Positions 49,901 through 59,096 of a DNA stretch of 64,000 nucleotides are shown in pieces (the stretch's first letter is position 1; every line of letters begins with the position of its first letter). The notes under the pieces were generated by a model. It made no database searches. It had not been told where the DNA came from and saw only the letters and a program-made list of their open reading frames with translations. This DNA is from Candidatus Latescibacterota bacterium (GTDB lineage Bacteria > Latescibacterota > UBA2968 > GCA-2709665), in assembly GCA_963662665.2 (NCBI GenBank), contig CAXXJS010000021.1:1-64000 (forward strand), written 5' to 3'. The position numbers and the translations under genes are program-made.

Positions 49901-52258
49901 GCCTGGCTATCATATCGCTGGGCTAACCGTTCGAACTTAAAAAACATCATGCGCGAGGCGCTGACGGACGAGCGAATACCTGAACTCGATGGTTTTGATC
50001 GGTTCTACGAGGCAATTCGAATGGTTACAGGTCAGCATGAAACGCGGAAGGATGTTGTGCTGAACTTTGTTGGGAAGGCCGAGCGCGTTCTCGACTACGG
50101 TTGTGGCAAGGGACGGCTTGCCCGAGAAATTTCGGACCGGGGAGTGGATGTATTTGCCTACGATCCTGAAGTAACATACAGGTCGCGCTGGGAGTCACTC
50201 AGTCGGGAAAGCGAAAGCTTACGATTTACGGACGATCTAAATGACGCGTTGGCGGCGGGGCCATTTGATCTTGTTGTTTGCCGTCGTGTGCTATGCACCA
50301 TTGAAGACAACAGTGAATTTAGAACGATTCTCAGCGATCTGCGAAATCTAGTCAGCGAGAGCGGTCGGGTATTGGTGACTGTTTGTGACCCGAATTTTAC
50401 GTTCGGTGCTTCGACACCTGAGGCTGAGCGCGAACTACCGCCTGATGCCAGTTACGAAAGCGTCTTCACGTGGCTCAAGAGGGTGCGCGAAACGGGCCGG
50501 ATGCGCGTAGAGGTGCATCGACCCGAACGGATACTGCGACGCGAATTTGCTCTGGCAGGTCTGGCGGTGTGTAGCCGTGTGGAGGTGCCTACGGTCGATC
50601 TGGAGCGATTCGAACCAGCGTCGGACCGGTTAGTGTTTGAACTCAGCCCGATGGAGCCACTGCCAGCCGAGGTCACTCTAATAATCAAGGCATGTGCCAT
50701 GGAAGCTGCTACTTTGGATGTTCAGGTTCGCCACCTTGTTTCACAACTGGAGACCTCTAGGGCTTTTGCAGACCGAATTCTGGTAATCGATTCCCGAGAA
50801 GATGAATTCCTTAGGCAACACACGTTTGGGAACTTGGGCGACTTGTACAATGCGGCGCGTCGTTTAGAGGAAGCAGGATGGATCGACCGGATCGTTGACG
50901 GACCGAATGACGGCGATGACACGGCATTGCTACACAAGCGGTGGTTCGGAATTCCCTGTCGTACGGCTCATTCCTGCAGCGGCGCTCAGATCGCCTCGAC
51001 GCTTAACGGGTTCGATGCTTGTGCCACACGGTACGTCCTCCAACTGGATGCCGACGTCATGATCGGCCGGCTGGATCGTAGTCACGATTATCTCGCCGAA
51101 ATGCTTGCAGTCTTGCAGCGCGATCCTGAAGCGGTCACGGCATCTTTCAACATAGCGATGGATCATGATCGGCCCTATACCGAAGCGGGAGACAGAGGGC
51201 CGTGGCGTGTGGAGGTGCGTGCAGGAATGATTGATCTCAAACGTCTTTTCGAAGCGCGGCCACTACCGAACCGGCTCATTGGAGAACGTCTGAAATTTCA
51301 CTGGTACCGGGCCCTTGATCGGCAGATCGCGCAGGGTAGAGGTCGTTCATATCGCGGCGGCGATCGCCGGACCTTCTTCGTGCACCCCCCCAATGTTCGC
51401 AAGCGCAAAATTACGGAGTGGTTCGCAATACTCGACCGCATCGAACATGGTGTGGTCCCGTGCGTTCAATATGGAAAGGTGGATTGGGTCGGCGACAAGG
51501 CAAGCTGGATGGGACCGCCTCGGTTAGAACCGTTCGTTTTTGTGGTATCGGGTCGCAACGTGCAGTCGGGGCGGTTTCGTCGTTGCATCGAGTCAATGGC
51601 TCGGCAGAAAGGAGCACAATGGGGCGCCGTCGTTTTTGACGACGCATCCGACCCGATGTTCTCCGAACACTTTGAGATCGCTTGCAGGCCGCTCGTAGAG
51701 CGTTGCACGGTCATTCGTAACCGCCGTCGCTGTGGATTGCTCCTCAACATGGTGACTGCAATTCGGGAGGTATGTGCCGATCCCGAATCGGTCATCATTA
51801 CGCTGGATTCTGACGATGCCCTGATAGGTGATCGCGTTCTGGAACGACTTGCAGCAGAGTACGATCGGGGAGCCGACGTGACAGTTGGCACAATGCTGCG
51901 GACCGACAAGGACGCCAATTATCCTGTATGTTTCGATCAGCCGCGGCGACACCGCGGAGGAAACGTCTGGCAGCACCTTCGGTCGTTCAAGAAACGGCTT
52001 TTCGATGCGATTCCTGACGATGCACTTCGACTTGATGGAGACTATATCGATCTCGCCAACGACTGGGCGTACATGCTACCGATTGTGGAGATAGCAGACC
52101 TGCCAGTACATATCGCTGAACCACTTTATCTTTACGAACCTTCGGGGATTTGGAAAGGGGCAGATCGAACACTTCGCGAGGAAGTTATCGCACGCATCGT
52201 CGCGAAAGACACGCTGTACCAAGACGAGACGTGCGATACGTACAGCGAAAAAATCTAA
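46961..52258 (+). CDS. Giant multidomain protein: GT2 - GT-A-like - kinase-like - class I SAM methyltransferase - GT-A-like - GT2
   Basis: IVDDS/GAWN/LDDDD/DRD; ILENG/IVDDD; GCGIEG-VFK-RNIDPDN-IDYG; VLDYGCGKG/FDLV; QLDAD; FDDAS/LDSDD/DWAY. Confidence 0.85.
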   Translation: MSDSKLPSICENLDYSRQSYSVAVLLATSHRTYLLKSRALPSIQHQSLPPERVIIVDDSGDEAAAERTELLVRQWQPAGVDVNFLRNRRTNGAAGAWNSGLDHLLRTCGDPEQQYVAILDDDDQWNPHHLRTCLAAAEARSLDMVAAPFLRVEEQAKALLTSPPKSLDVSDFLVGNPGIQGSNLVCRLSVLLEAGLFDESLPSCTDRDLCIRIAELPGVRYGTTSEPTVHHFACESRPRLSTRGSQNKVKGLDRFFRKYKGRMSNAERLGFCGRAEHLFGWKESPPAPTAEDCFHGGQLSSISRTLAPRQAPPHLIVGLIADIARLKELGNLLADLRGLADAPDLSGYDVLILENGDDSTPSGELRTLIEHERRGGLRIHLVDRSRHLQDATSGLVLDGGVSKESRLSIAHARTVLQTYLYAFSKRRPGAVVWIVDDDMRLDPLVVEKNGSLQRRVNKIAPMLQELRRLRAGGIVDIAIGAYTGAAPLPSFATVRVQLVDLIASLWWLASQKPTDSLPDRGIENAKWRSGRRDYYYDLSRNETDRLEAPFWITPAFLGEDVGSAFVRVAGIAERILAGEQIFRPLALEASLNPLNSIGDGLQRGGNTLVFDVESLKLAPNPSPIIDGRSSRRADMIWTLLQKRYFSRQVVTLPLGLFHDRSHVVAELDVDDIVDDIRGYALFSALEDIPGVFKITTDDRGIRLSEEMVECFAQRVHKYLEERLAAIRLSFYRIRGLTRVLRRQMYDPEKWWQGDEYRVAAKLLRTFSERLADFYKMETLNRIRREAEELDAPRIGKFLDHLPIEIESHRRRLSDFSALINSLEGERIANAKTIAMRLAVPTRALKVLGCGIEGVALTDGTRVFKVFDYWWKRSHNLSAPAFLRSLVGAWKDASCLYPLLDFLESGHQKVLTYTYEVSEPYKGGHGPAMVNLVAECRQHGIVCRNIDPDNLRLANGRIRLIDYGSDIHPFDEDEFHTMCQRAWLSYRWANRSNLKNIMREALTDERIPELDGFDRFYEAIRMVTGQHETRKDVVLNFVGKAERVLDYGCGKGRLAREISDRGVDVFAYDPEVTYRSRWESLSRESESLRFTDDLNDALAAGPFDLVVCRRVLCTIEDNSEFRTILSDLRNLVSESGRVLVTVCDPNFTFGASTPEAERELPPDASYESVFTWLKRVRETGRMRVEVHRPERILRREFALAGLAVCSRVEVPTVDLERFEPASDRLVFELSPMEPLPAEVTLIIKACAMEAATLDVQVRHLVSQLETSRAFADRILVIDSREDEFLRQHTFGNLGDLYNAARRLEEAGWIDRIVDGPNDGDDTALLHKRWFGIPCRTAHSCSGAQIASTLNGFDACATRYVLQLDADVMIGRLDRSHDYLAEMLAVLQRDPEAVTASFNIAMDHDRPYTEAGDRGPWRVEVRAGMIDLKRLFEARPLPNRLIGERLKFHWYRALDRQIAQGRGRSYRGGDRRTFFVHPPNVRKRKITEWFAILDRIEHGVVPCVQYGKVDWVGDKASWMGPPRLEPFVFVVSGRNVQSGRFRRCIESMARQKGAQWGAVVFDDASDPMFSEHFEIACRPLVERCTVIRNRRRCGLLLNMVTAIREVCADPESVIITLDSDDALIGDRVLERLAAEYDRGADVTVGTMLRTDKDANYPVCFDQPRRHRGGNVWQHLRSFKKRLFDAIPDDALRLDGDYIDLANDWAYMLPIVEIADLPVHIAEPLYLYEPSGIWKGADRTLREEVIARIVAKDTLYQDETCDTYSEKI

Positions 52259-52999
52259 GCAAGAGTCAGGCGACAAGGGGAATTTTCGTTGTAGCGGTTA
52301 TTTTGGCCGGCGGCCATGCCACGAACCCTTCGCCTGCCATCGCTACTTGCCACACGTTGTTACGGGGAGCACTCTATTGTTGACATCGAAATCATCAGTT
52401 CAAGTAGCAAGAATTTTCCTCTTTTCAACGCAATCGCAAAAACCATAGGTCATATCACAAAGCTGAACTCACAACTCATTTCTGCGTCGTGTGGAATGCA
52501 ACTTTCCTGTGAGGCAGACGCACGAGATTTTTCTTGCTCAAGACGTAATCTCGTGCAAAAACCCCACTTAACGCGGACTCGGGGTCCACGGCCACGACAC
52601 ATGCAAACATTCAGCGATTTTCGGCAATACTAACACCACCACGATCATGGCCTAACAGTCGAAAGCCCTCTCGTCTAGCGATTCCAAGTGGTCGTCCTCG
52701 CACCTTGAGGGGAGACAGACCGGCGGGGAGTCGCTTTCTGACGGTAATGACGACCATCCTATGTCACCACAGTGCAATAGAATTCATAGAGAAGCTTGTT
52801 TGATCGTAAGGGTTCATGAGGAATTGCTGCGTTCACACGAACCTCGTGCACGCTGAAGTTCGCATATACTAGAACTCGGACGCCTAGCGGGAAACACAAT
52901 AGGGACTTGACGGCATACATGGGGCTTGTACGATGGGTTTAGACGTTGGCACGTGCATTGCGCGTGTTTTCGTCGACGGCGGATTAAAATACCTCATGC

Positions 53000-53425
53000 G
53001 TGGTTGGGTCGTCTGTTGGACATACAGGAACGACTCTCAATCCATCGAGGTCTATTGCGCATGCAGTCGTGAAAACGCCCTGTATTGAGATTGTCATCAA
53101 GGGGGACATTCCGGACAGGCTGATGACCGTACTGAATGAGGAATACGGCGAACAGGTTCAGTTGTCCGAAGACAACAGCGACGATCTCGTCGACGTATTT
53201 GAGACAGACTGGTACCGAAGCATCAAATCCGGAATGGCGCCCGGAGACAATCTGAGGACCTACCGGGAGAATCACGGGTTGACGCAGGCGAGGCTGGGTG
53301 AGTTACTCGGCGGTGTTCCTCGCCAGCATGTCTCGAATATGGAAAGGGAAGTCCGTTCAATCAGCCTGAATACCGCGCGAAAGCTGGCGGATATTTTTCA
53401 AGTGTCACTCGAGAAATTCGTTTGA
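53000..53425 (+). CDS. XRE-family HTH protein, antitoxin-like; true start probably near 53069
   Basis: YRENHGLTQARLGELLG..RQHVSNME..R.IS...ARKLA. Confidence 0.8.
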   Translation: MVGSSVGHTGTTLNPSRSIAHAVVKTPCIEIVIKGDIPDRLMTVLNEEYGEQVQLSEDNSDDLVDVFETDWYRSIKSGMAPGDNLRTYRENHGLTQARLGELLGGVPRQHVSNMEREVRSISLNTARKLADIFQVSLEKFV

Positions 53426-53589
53426 AGGCGTGAAATGGCGGACAGAAGGCGGAAGGCACCAAGGTGTTGGTTTTCGCGTCCCGGAATTCTCCAGACATGT
53501 TTGGCATTGAGTCCGTACCCAACGCCACAGCAGATACTTGAAGCCCTTGATTCATCATTAGTTTTTTTCGATTGCAGAAGGGTAGAAAA

Positions 53590-53733
53590 GTGACACAGGT
53601 CACCGGCACTCTCATCGACCTGATGGTACGAGCTGTCGTCGCTGAAATCGATCCGGAGCAGGTGATCCTCTTCGGCTCCCGCGGACGGGGCGACGAGCAC
53701 CAGGATTCGGACGTGGATCTGCTGGCGGGATGA
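53590..53733 (+). pseudogene. Truncated minimal nucleotidyltransferase (MNT)
   Basis: VILFGSRGRGD...DSDVDLL, then stop after 47 codons. Confidence 0.75.
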
Positions 53734-53825
53734 CTTCAGACGAAGGAAAGAGGACGTCCTGCGAAGTCTCGGGAGTGAGACGTTCTGAATTGAAGGAGAC
53801 AGCAGTCGCGCGATGCGGCTGATGC

Positions 53826-54211
53826 TGCCCGCCCGGGCCCTGGACGATGCCCTGCATATTGCCGTATCCGCGGTACACGGCATCGATTATCTTCTGACCT
53901 GGAACTGTCGGCATCTAGATAATGCCGAAACCAAACCCATCGTGCGCAGCATATGCAGCATACACGAGCATTCCAGTCCCGAAATTTGTACCCCTCAGGA
54001 ACTTATGGGAGTAGCTGAAGATGTCTGACCAAATCATCGAGGAACTCTGGCAGCTCAAAGACAGCATCGCCCGGGAACACGACTATGATATCGAGTCCCT
54101 TGTTGCACATCTCCAAACCAGACAGCAGGCGGCGGGTCGGCAAGTTGTGGATCTTAGCGCCCTGAGGCGGACCGCCGACGAGGGTGCTCCACGAGCAGCG
54201 GACAAGCCGCG
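53826..54211 (+). repeat. Direct repeat B, copy 2 (5'-truncated PIN toxin plus partner gene 54021-54218)
   Basis: PARALDDALHIA...GVAEDV and MSDQIIEELW near-identical to copy 1. Confidence 0.9.
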
Positions 54212-54235
54212 CCAATGAGATAGACCGCCTGTTTT

Positions 54236-54584
54236 CGCGGTCCTACACGCCTGCAATCCCATGCCTAAACCCCGGTTCTGCATTGCCATTAAAGAAGGCG
54301 AAGCCTGGCTTCCAGGCGATATTGCTGCGATCAGGGCAGTATATCCAAAACTCAACGACCGCGTGTTAAGTGGTTACCAAAACGATTCGATTTGCGGCAC
54401 CTGGGAGGTTCTGGCCGACGCCGTATACGCCGGCGGTGCACACTCGCTGAAAAACCGTGGCTGGCGGGCAGTGGGGAGGGAAAAATACATATGGGCCGAA
54501 AGAATCGCGCCGTTGATGGACGTGGACAACAACGCGTCGCCCAGCTTCTGCTACTTCCGAGACAAGCTTCGTGAACTTACCTGA
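54236..54584 (+). pseudogene. Direct repeat C, copy 2 (5'-truncated DUF4276-like gene)
   Basis: RFC.A..EGEAWL.GDIAAIRA...NASPSFCYFRDKLRELT matches the C-half of ORF 32617-33300. Confidence 0.88.
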
Positions 54585-54663
54585 GTATGTACCGCGAGAA
54601 CCCACCCTGGCGATGGATTATTTTTCGTGCAAAAAAACTCCGATTAGGTCAGATATATAAAAC

Positions 54664-55938
54664 ATGACTCGTCTTCGCTTTGTACATGCCGCTGATTTGC
54701 ATCTCGATAGCCCATTTGTCGGCATAAAGGCCGTCGCTCCCGACAATGTGTCTGGCGCGTTGCGCGATGCGACGTTCAGCGCCTACGAGAACATCGTCAA
54801 CCTGTGCATCGAAGAACGTGTAGACGCGTTGCTGGTCGCTGGGGACGTTTACGACGCTGCCGACCGGAGCCTGCGCGCGCAGCTCAAGTTCGTCGATGGC
54901 CTGAAACGGCTGGACGAGGCCGGCATACGGTCTTTCGTGTGCCACGGCAACCACGATCCGCTCAACGGATGGGAAGCTCAGCTGGAATACCCCAAAGGAT
55001 GTACGCGCTTCGGCGAGGAGGCGCAGGCCGTACCGGTTCTTGAAGACGATCCCGAACGCGCGGTCGTTCACGGAATCAGCTATCCGAAACAGAAGGTCAA
55101 CGAGAACCTCGCACTTCGTCTCGGCGCGGCAGATTCCAGCATGTTCTCGATTGGTCTGGTGCATGCCAATGTAGACAGCGACACGAAACACGTGAACTAC
55201 GCGCCCTGCTCGCTCGACGATCTTGAACGGTCTGGTATAGACTACTGGGCGCTCGGACACGTGCATACCAGGCAGGTACTCAGAGAACGGACCCCTACCG
55301 TCGTCTATCCGGGCAACCCGCAGGGCAGGCATCCGAATGAACCGGGCGCGCGCGGCGTGTATCTCGTCGAGGTGGATGAGGGTAACGACGTCCACCTAAA
55401 CTTCAGGACCGTGGATACGGTACGGTGGGCACAGGCCGACCTGGATGTCTCCCGAACAGACTCGGTACCGGAGTTGATTGAAGGACTCCACCAGCGCATC
55501 CAGGATTCTCTGGCCGAATCGGACGGCCGATCGGTCGTGCTGAGGATCAGTCTGTCAGGGCGGGGCGGTGTACACCGTTCGCTGCAGCAGCCGACGTTCA
55601 TTGAGGAGTTGATGGGCGAGTTAAATCGGGAATGGGCGGAGCGTTCACCGTTCGCGTGGTGTGAGCGCATCGTGGACGAGACGGCTGCGCCGTTCAACCG
55701 CGAGGATCGCATTGCAGGATCGGACTTCCTTGCCGAGGTACTTAAGACCGTGGATCTTGCGAAGGACGAAGGCGAGTTGCAAAACCGTCTTCGCAAAGGG
55801 CTTGCCGACCTTTATGAGCACCGCCGCTATCGCAGTCACCTGTTGGACCACGCTCCCGGTGATGACGACCTTGTCCTGCTGATCGACGAGGCTGAGACAA
55901 TTGTCGTAGACCTGCTTTCAGGGGATGAGGACGCATGA
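54664..55938 (+). CDS. yhaO: SbcD/Mre11-like metallophosphoesterase (YhaO family)
   Basis: ADLHLD, AGDVYD, GNHD, YWALGHVH, YPGNPQGR. Confidence 0.88.
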   Translation: MTRLRFVHAADLHLDSPFVGIKAVAPDNVSGALRDATFSAYENIVNLCIEERVDALLVAGDVYDAADRSLRAQLKFVDGLKRLDEAGIRSFVCHGNHDPLNGWEAQLEYPKGCTRFGEEAQAVPVLEDDPERAVVHGISYPKQKVNENLALRLGAADSSMFSIGLVHANVDSDTKHVNYAPCSLDDLERSGIDYWALGHVHTRQVLRERTPTVVYPGNPQGRHPNEPGARGVYLVEVDEGNDVHLNFRTVDTVRWAQADLDVSRTDSVPELIEGLHQRIQDSLAESDGRSVVLRISLSGRGGVHRSLQQPTFIEELMGELNREWAERSPFAWCERIVDETAAPFNREDRIAGSDFLAEVLKTVDLAKDEGELQNRLRKGLADLYEHRRYRSHLLDHAPGDDDLVLLIDEAETIVVDLLSGDEDA

Positions 55939-58900
55939 AGATCCGGGACATTCGCATCGACGGGTTCGGCCGGTTTTCGGACGCCCAATTCGGGCCGCTG
56001 GAGCGATCCTTAACCGTTTTCGTCGGCCCGAACGAGGCGGGCAAGAGTACCCTGCTGGAATTCGTCCGCAGGATACTTTTCGGATTTCCCCGCAAGAGCG
56101 GACGGGTAAACCCCTACCCGGCGTTGGGCGGGGGGCGGTACGGAGGTCGCGTTGCTATCGAGGGTTCTGACGGTCGAATGTGCGACTTACACAGAACGAC
56201 GGGGGGAAGTTTCAGGGGTGACGTGGTCCTGACTTCTGCATCCGGACAGCCCCTCCCGGAAAACGAACTTACGGCACTTCTGGGGAATCACTCGAGGGAC
56301 GTCTTCGAACAGGTGTTCGCATTCACGCTCGAAGACCTCTACAGCGACGAACTGTTAAACGACGAAAATGTCAATAGCCAGATATACAGTGCGGGCATGG
56401 GTGTGACCTTGCTCCCTGGCGCCGTCAGGTCGATCGAGTCAGGCCGCACAGACATCTTTCTGAAGGGAGGTAGCAGCCAGAAGGTCTATGAAGTCCGCGG
56501 TAGAATCGAGGAATTGGACGAAACGCTGCGAAGCGTCCGGGACAACGCGGCGAGATATGGGGAACTGACCGACCGCCGCCGGCAGATCGAGGATGAGCTT
56601 AGAAACCTCGCGGTGCGGCGACAAGAGATTCAGTCTCGGTATAACCATCAGGTCATGCTTCAGAATGCCTGGGGGAGCTGGATCGACCTGAATTCCGCCG
56701 AGGAAGATTTGGCTGAACTACCGGCCATTGACGATTTTCCTGCGGATGGATTGAATCGCCTGGAAGCATTACAAGAGCGCTTGAGCGCCGCTCGGAGGGA
56801 GTACGAGTCCGACGAACATCGGGTGTCGAAGGCCGAACGAGCAGCGGACGTCAGGATAGAGCATGAGGCTATTCTGACAAATTCGGCCGAAGTCCGTCGT
56901 CTGCAAAACGGCCGTACCGCGTTCGACGGGTCTGTAAGAGACCTTCCGGAACGCGAGACCGAGCTTGAAGGCCACACAAGAACGCTCGCCGACACCCTGA
57001 AAAACCTGGGGCCGGACTGGGACGAATGCCGGTTGGAAGGGTTCGATTTCTCTATAGCAGTCCGCCAGCAGATCTCTGAACACGGCGACCGATTGCGCAG
57101 CGCATCCGCCGGACTCACGGATGTCAAATCGGCGTTGGGCCAGGATACAGCGGCGTTAGAGGAAGCCAAGGACGCGGAGAGCAACGCCGGACGAAGACTC
57201 GAGGCCGCAGATAAACCACGCCTCAATCCAGACCGGATACGACAACACCGCCACCTTGTTCGGGCAACCAGGTCGCAGCTTGATGAAATCAGCCGACAGC
57301 GACAAAACGTGCTGAATCTCAAGAATCAGCTCAAGGGCGTGGAGGGCGCGGCGCAAGCGGAGGGCGCACGTGCCGGCAGCAGAACCGTCGCAGCCATCAG
57401 CTTCGTTATTGGACTCGCGCTTCTTATCGCAGGTGCGGCTCTGGGAGGCATGGCTTCCATCATCGGCGCGGCGGCCGGAATTGCGTTGGCAGGCTTAGGC
57501 ATTTACCTGTTCATGTCCGAAAATTTCCGACCGGTACTCGCAGGGAAATCCCCTCTTGCCCAACCGATTCGCGAGTCCATTCGCGACGCCGAAAGGGACA
57601 TAGATGATCGCCGGTCAAAGATGAAGCAGGATGCAGCCCCCCTTAACCTTAATGTGATCGATGAATCGTCACTCCTTTCAGCCGAACAGACGATCGACGA
57701 AGAGGAGGAATTGCTGAACGAGCGAACGCGCCTCACCGAAACGCTCGAGGACGCTAAGGAACTTGCAAAGCAGCGACAGATCCGCACTGACAGAACTGCC
57801 ATTGCCGTCACGGAAGCAAAGGGTCGACTCAACGCAGCACGGCTCGAATGGCGGAAGTGGGCAATGTCTCGCGGCCTGTCTGATACCTTTACGCCTGAGA
57901 CGGCCGACGTGCTGCAAGGGCAGGTCGAACTCGGTCGGAGCCGGCTCGAAGACGTGAGGAGTTGGCAGCAGCGCATCGAGGCCATCCAGAAAGACATCGA
58001 CGAATACATCGACGCTGTTGAGCCGCTTGCGGCCGCGTTCGACGTCCCGTTTGATCGAAACGACTCACGCGTCGTAGCTGCTGCCGCCGACAGGCTGGTG
58101 GAGTTATTGGAAGAGGTACAGGAAGACGTCCGGAAGCGGACCGACACGGAGGCTGAACTGGAAGACGCCAGGCGACAATTGAAAGACCGTAAGGGCGATC
58201 TACGAAAGGCAGAGGAGGAGCTTGAACAATTGCTCCATTCGGGCGGCGCCGAGGACGTGGAAACGTTCCGCGTGCGGGCAGATCTTTTCGACCGGCGGGC
58301 GAGACTGGATGACAATGCCCGCGCCGCGCACGACAGGCTTCGCCGCCTCAGCGGGACCGGCGAACTACTGGAATCGTTGAAATCGGACCTTCAAGAGACG
58401 AATCCTGAGTCCATCGCAGACGAGTTAGCCACACTCGAGCATGAGCGGGATTCTACCGACGCTCAACGTGAAATGCGTTCGGCCGAACAGGGCGAAATCC
58501 GTAAGGGGCTGGATGGGCTCGTCGGTGAAGAAGAGTCATCGCGGCTGCGGATGGAACGGAACGTGCTCCTGGAGCAACTCAGGGGCCACGCACGTGATTG
58601 GACCCGGCTTACGATCGCCCGGAACCTGCTCGCCGAAGCGCGCCGAAGGTTTGAGCGCGAGCGGCAGCCCGGCGTTATCCGTCACGCTGAGCGCTTCTTC
58701 GCTGCGATCACCGATGGACGGTACCGGCAGGTTTATGCTCCCCTTGGTGAACAGACGATTACGGTGACGGACGCCGACGGGCAGACGAAGCAGCCGTCGG
58801 AACTGAGCCGGGGTACGCGGGAGCAACTGTTCTTGTCGCTCCGTTTCGGGCTGATCCGCGAACTGGGGGAGCGGACGGAGCCGCTCCCCGTCGTCGTGGA

Positions 58901-59075
58901 CGAAATCCTGGTCAACTTCGATCCCGATCGCGCCCTTCGAGCCGCCGTTGCCTTCACGGAGTTGTCCAAAACCAACCAGGTCCTGGTCTTTACCTGCCAT
59001 CCGACGGTCGTCGAACTGTTCCGGAATGCGGCATCCGAGGCGGACGTCAATGAACCGCAGGTCATTGAAATATAG
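55935..59075 (+). CDS. yhaN: SbcC/Rad50-like coiled-coil ATPase with central transmembrane hairpin (YhaN family)
   Basis: GPNEAGKST, long coiled coils, two hydrophobic helices mid-protein, LSRGTREQL, VDEILVNFD, FTCH; ATGA overlap with yhaO. Confidence 0.88.
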   Translation: MKIRDIRIDGFGRFSDAQFGPLERSLTVFVGPNEAGKSTLLEFVRRILFGFPRKSGRVNPYPALGGGRYGGRVAIEGSDGRMCDLHRTTGGSFRGDVVLTSASGQPLPENELTALLGNHSRDVFEQVFAFTLEDLYSDELLNDENVNSQIYSAGMGVTLLPGAVRSIESGRTDIFLKGGSSQKVYEVRGRIEELDETLRSVRDNAARYGELTDRRRQIEDELRNLAVRRQEIQSRYNHQVMLQNAWGSWIDLNSAEEDLAELPAIDDFPADGLNRLEALQERLSAARREYESDEHRVSKAERAADVRIEHEAILTNSAEVRRLQNGRTAFDGSVRDLPERETELEGHTRTLADTLKNLGPDWDECRLEGFDFSIAVRQQISEHGDRLRSASAGLTDVKSALGQDTAALEEAKDAESNAGRRLEAADKPRLNPDRIRQHRHLVRATRSQLDEISRQRQNVLNLKNQLKGVEGAAQAEGARAGSRTVAAISFVIGLALLIAGAALGGMASIIGAAAGIALAGLGIYLFMSENFRPVLAGKSPLAQPIRESIRDAERDIDDRRSKMKQDAAPLNLNVIDESSLLSAEQTIDEEEELLNERTRLTETLEDAKELAKQRQIRTDRTAIAVTEAKGRLNAARLEWRKWAMSRGLSDTFTPETADVLQGQVELGRSRLEDVRSWQQRIEAIQKDIDEYIDAVEPLAAAFDVPFDRNDSRVVAAAADRLVELLEEVQEDVRKRTDTEAELEDARRQLKDRKGDLRKAEEELEQLLHSGGAEDVETFRVRADLFDRRARLDDNARAAHDRLRRLSGTGELLESLKSDLQETNPESIADELATLEHERDSTDAQREMRSAEQGEIRKGLDGLVGEEESSRLRMERNVLLEQLRGHARDWTRLTIARNLLAEARRRFERERQPGVIRHAERFFAAITDGRYRQVYAPLGEQTITVTDADGQTKQPSELSRGTREQLFLSLRFGLIRELGERTEPLPVVVDEILVNFDPDRALRAAVAFTELSKTNQVLVFTCHPTVVELFRNAASEADVNEPQVIEI

Positions 59076-59096
59076 TAGGATACCGGGTTTTGGATT

